From Carcharhinus amblyrhynchos (lineage: Eukaryota), in contig OZ336882.1 of NCBI GenBank assembly GCA_965287045.1, positions 18,538,001 through 18,602,000 of the forward strand: 64,000 nt of DNA. The letters run 5' to 3'. A program made the translations under genes and the position numbers. Below are positions 59,571-64,000 of the stretch, in pieces (positions within the stretch are counted from its first letter, which is position 1; every line of letters starts with the position of its first letter). The notes beneath the pieces were generated by a model. The model was not told the origin of the DNA. It saw only the letters and a program-made list of their open reading frames with translations, and made no database searches.

Positions 59571-60478
59571 GGGTGGTGGCGCAGTGGTATTGTCACTGGA
59601 ATGATAATTCAGAGACCCAGCGTAATCCTCTGGGGACCCAGGTTCAAATCCCACCACAGCAGAAATGGAATTTTAAAAACTAAATAAAAATCAGAAATTG
59701 AAAGTCTAACGATGATCATGGAGCCATTGTTAGCTGTCATAAAAACATAAGTTGTCCATTATTGTCCTTTAGGTCTGGCTTACATATGACTCCAGACCTA
59801 CAGAAATGTGGTTGCTCTTAGATGCCCTCTGAAATAAACCACTCAGTTCTATTCAATCACTACCGCCTGGCATCAATCTGGGCATCACAAACAACAGCAG
59901 TAAACCCAGCCCTATTAACCCTGCCATGTCTGCGTTTCTAACATCTGGAACTTGTGCCAAAATTGGGAGAGCCCACAGAATCATACCTTACAGGTAATGT
60001 CCCAGACACCATCATCACTATTCCTGGAAATGTCCTGTCCCCCAGCAGGACAGACCCAGGAGAACTGGCAGCACAGTGATAAACAACCAGGAGGAAGGTG
60101 CTCTTGGAATCATCGACATCAACTCTGGACCTCATCACGTCTCATAGCACCAGGTCAAACATGGGCAACAAAATCTCCTGTTGATTACCATGTGCTGTCC
60201 TCCCTCAGTTGATGAATCGGTACTCCTCCATTTTGAACACCACTTGGAGGAAGCAGTACAGTGGCAAGGGTGTAGAATGTACTCTGGGTTGGGGGGCTTC
60301 AATGTTCATCACCAAAAGTGGCTCAAAAATACCACCACAGACTGAGTTGGCTGGGTCCTAAAGGGCATAGCAGCTCAACTGGGAATGCAGCAGGTGGTGA
60401 GGAGACTAACAAGAGGGAAAAACATGCTTGACCTCACCCTCACCAACCCAGCCTGCCACAGCTGCATCTGTCCATGAT
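59571..60478 (+). mobile_element. 5' end of a CR1-group LINE: tRNA-like head followed directly by degenerate APE endonuclease sequence
   Basis: A box tggcgcagtgg (59577-59587), B box ggttcaaatcc (59641-59651); from ~59940 NIW..VPKLGE..TESYL, ..GGFNVHHQKWL and QQVVRRLTRGKNMLDLTLTN remnants. Confidence 0.8.
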
Positions 60479-60752
60479 GGTGGTGGCACAGTGGTTAGCA
60501 CTGTTACCTCACAGCACCAGGATCCTGGCCTGGGTCACTGTCTGTGTAGGGCCTGCACGTTCTCCCCGTGTCTGCATGGGTTTCCTCCAGGTGCTCCAGT
60601 TTCCTCCCACGGTCCAAAAGACATGCTCGTGAGATGCATTGACCATGCTAAATTATCCTTCAATGCATTTGAACAGAGTGTGGCAACTAGGGGATTTTTG
60701 CAGTAAATTAATTGCAGTGTTAATGTAAGCCTACTTGTGACATGAATAAATA
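60479..60752 (+). mobile_element. V-SINE with tail B
   Basis: ggtggcacagtggttagc head; tail gtaagcctacttgtgacatgaataaataaa. Confidence 0.85.
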
Positions 60753-62985
60753 AATTGCCTGAAACTTGAGTTTGTTCTGTGAGTACTGCACCTTGAATGC
60801 TGGAGCCATTCTCTTCTGCTTCACGAGGGGATAATTAGTTGTTACAATTTTTGACTATGCACTCAAACTTACTTTAGATTCACTATCAGTCATCTCTACC
60901 ATAAATCAATCCTACCTTCCTTAACAATTGGGATTTATTTTTACTACCCAATAACTGCCCATACAATAGTGCAACTTCAGTGTGCTAGCAGTGAATCCCC
61001 TCAATGTGTGTCCTGGATACTTTAATTTTATGCATGAACCCCCCCCGCCCCCCCCATCCCAGCCCCATGCATAACTGCTAGAAGGCAGACAAATGTGCAT
61101 TCTGGTGAGGTGAAACCCAGGGATTGGCCACTTGAGCTGTCAATCAAACTTGCTAATGACCTCCTCTGTGTATTCCTGGCAGCTGGCCCTTGTGGAGCTA
61201 AGTGGAATGAATCCAGTCCAACATATTAGATATGAATGTTACCAGAATGTTTTAATGAATCCCTATGTTTCAAATTGACATGGTATTAGCTACCCAACTG
61301 CAAATCTATATTTCAGCTACATTTAATCAGTGTTCCGAAGAGCCGGGTGCATTGTATGGACTTAATCATTTATGATCTGAATATAATTTAACAGCATATC
61401 CCTCAAATGAATTAATCCAGAAACTCTCTTTAGAAAAACAACTTGCTGGATTTTCATCCTTGAGGCTGGGATTGCGGGACTTCCCGACTTAGCTCAACTG
61501 CCTCGGGAAAATGCTAGGAAAGGTGGGATTTTCATTATGTGAGGGCAGTGGGTACAGTCCGGCTTGCCAATCTTGGGAAAAGATCAGAGGCAGCGACAGG
61601 AGTTGCCAGGGGCTGGCAGGATGCTGTGGGACTTTGTTCCAGGTATAATGAAAAAGGTAAGGCCTTGTAACCGTCAGAATCTCTCAGCTCCCACATGAAT
61701 GACCATTTCATTCCACCTCATGTCCCTATCCACTCATTATAAACCCTCAAGCCTTCCATGCCAGGTATGCCTCAACCCACTCCCTATAGCCCATAATGTC
61801 CCCATGCCAAGCCAAGCCTTTTCCATGCCCATTCTTCACTCACCATGCAATGTATATTAACCAAACCTCTTTAAGCGCTCTTGACTGAGAGTCCATTAGA
61901 GACATCTGAGCCATGCTGCTTGATTAATAGCCCTGGTACTTTGCTATCTTCTATCAAATGCACAGTGCTTATGTGCGCAAGATAAAGAGGATTCGAGTGT
62001 TTGCTATTTCAGCTACTGATACTTAAAAAGGGTCTGGGTGGTTGACACTTTTCAGTAAGCAAAATATTTTTCTAAGAAAGCAACAAGCTTATTTTTACAC
62101 ATTTTATTGTTGTTTTCACTGGTTATATACAGTGTATAGTGGATAAATAGGCATGCAAATGGCATAGCCTAGTATGGCGGGTGTGGGCATGAGGAGGATC
62201 TTTTGAAGTTACTTTTCAAAGGGTTCCCTCATGCAGGCTATGGTTCACAACACTTCTCTGATGCCGTGAACCGCAATTCATTGAAAAGCTGTCCAGGCTG
62301 CATGAACTGAATTCTTCGGGTGGTGGGGGCTTGATGACATCACCACATTCCTCGAATGCCAGCAGCCATTTTAGGCTCAAATGTGCGTTGACTGGCAGCA
62401 GATGGGACTTTGCCCTCACTTGCAAGGTAGTCTCGTTTTGGAGAGCTACAGGCCGACAGCTCTCCAGCCCATCCAGAAACAGTGCTGCAGTGGCCGGAAG
62501 AGGCACTACAGAGACCTGCCTGGTGTTGGGACATGGAGGCCAGGTAAACGGTAGGGATCATGGGGTTGGAGGACATAGGACTGCTGGGGAGATTGTGATA
62601 AGGGCAATTGGGTTATCGGGTGAGAGGCACAGGGATGGGTGTGTGGGGAGGGGAGCAAGGTGAGTTGTCCTGCCCTTGAATGAGGATGCCCCCAGTCAGA
62701 AGGGGACTACCAATGGAGGCATCCCACCCCTAACCTCTCACCCGAGGTCGAAGATAGAAAATATTTCTGTTTTGCACTCTGAGTAGTCTGTTCACCTAAA
62801 AATTGAGGCATAGCATGAAAAGTCCCTTCGATATTCATTAAGTGGTCAATTAACTGGGGCAAGGGTGGAATTTCCATTTGAGGTTTCTGCCCGGCCGGTA
62901 AAATCACATCTGGGTCAGGGCAAGCGGGTTCATCCATACTCAACATCTGTCAGGGGGTGAGTGTAAAATTCAGGCTTATGAAAGT

Positions 62986-63280
62986 CTTTTTTTTGTTTAT
63001 ATCCAATCAAAGTCCAACTCAAAATCTCAACATTCCAGATCCAAGCTGACAAAACAGGCTGGCCACTTCCTGTCTTGGGCTTGATCTCCATGATCAAAGT
63101 TGATTGGAACACGATTGCATTTCCTCCAAGGCTTGATCTTATTTGCATCTTAGCCAAAAGGCCGAAATGCTGCTCTAAAAAAATTGCTTCAAATAAAGCC
63201 TCGGTGTAACCTCATGACTTCGACCAAGTGCAGGACAACAAAACTACACTTGATCTTAGCCAACACAGGCCTAAGAAAAT
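62986..63280 (-). other. Short element headed by U2 snRNA nt ~1-37, with a second internal U2 5' motif and an A-rich end
   Basis: Minus strand ttggctaagatcaagtgtagt (63243-63263) is identical to U2 nt 17-37; tcggccttttggctaagat (63147-63165) is identical to U2 nt 9-27; A-rich tract at 62986-63000. Confidence 0.7.
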
Positions 63281-64000
63281 TACAAAGGACAAGAGCATGC
63301 CTATCCAGACCAGAGAGGGAGTGCAGTGTGCAGGGGCCTGCACCCTTCAAAGGCACTGTTATAAATTGGAAACCCTGAGAATTGGGTCAAGAATTCCGTC
63401 ATCAGGTCCCAGCCGACATTTTCACCCCTCCAAAGTGTCTCCCAACTTCTTGAGAATCCAGCCAAATACCTGAAAACATGAAGTTGGTGGCTGTTTGTCA
63501 GGTGTTCCCCGTTCCATCTCGTTTACTCTTATTATTAATATGAAGACGTCCTGACGTCTGCGCCTTTATTCAGTTGGCTAATTCAAACTGTAATGATTAG
63601 CAGATGAGAATCCTTTGCAGAACTTTTTGCCTACCTAAGCCACTGCCCTTCAATTCAAATGTGAAGCTCCTGCAATGTTTTCTTATGAACAGATGCTATT
63701 TTAATGCTATCAGGAAGGGCATCTTAGTCCATAATCAATCTCTGCAGCCCTGTGGCAGTATGTGTTGTGGCGAGAGCTGCAAACATGACTGACTGTCAAC
63801 ACTTGGAATATTGTGTGACTACCAGTTCAAATCTTTTGGCAGGTTAGGAGGCTTCGATAGATGAACTCATGTTCAGAAGTAATAATTCAGCATTATTATT
63901 ATCTGTTTCTGAAGTAATGTTGCAGGTTCAACACTCTCCAATTAAATCATTCTTGTTTTTGTTTGAAAGAAGTGCACTCAACCATAGTCATGGAAGCCAG

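Noticed and set aside
63147-63280. Functional U2 snRNA gene
   Set aside because: Only nt ~1-37 match; the Sm site and 3' stem-loops are absent. Reported instead as a U2-headed element.
1-64000. CRISPR arrays, operons or other prokaryotic systems
   Set aside because: The sequence is eukaryotic and repeat-rich, with no regularly spaced repeat-spacer array or dense coding structure.

Overview
Repeat-dense vertebrate genomic DNA, very likely from a cartilaginous fish (shark): it carries many HE1-like V-SINEs with their CR1/HER1-type LINE partner, Rex1/Babar-like LINE ends, Penelope-like termini, a Vingi/Ingi-like LINE fossil, a Tigger/pogo transposon fossil and MITE-like elements. I recognise no protein-coding gene. 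Nearly all ORFs in the track are transposon-derived or spurious; there are only weak candidate exons near 5.6-9.8 kb (+) and 11-19 kb (-). The most notable observations are: (1) a CR1-group LINE whose 5' end is a tRNA-like A/B-box head running directly into endonuclease sequence, with short head+tail deletion derivatives in the same window; (2) a ~295 bp element headed by U2 snRNA nt 1-37; (3) three palindromic Penelope-end mini-elements, two with target-site duplications, plus minimal hammerhead-ribozyme-like cores in Penelope termini; (4) several local templated duplications, including two ~250 bp inverted copies, one flanked by a 15 bp direct repeat; (5) one V-SINE head/core carrying three different tails. 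All family names come from motif recognition by eye, not database searches, and boundaries are approximate.
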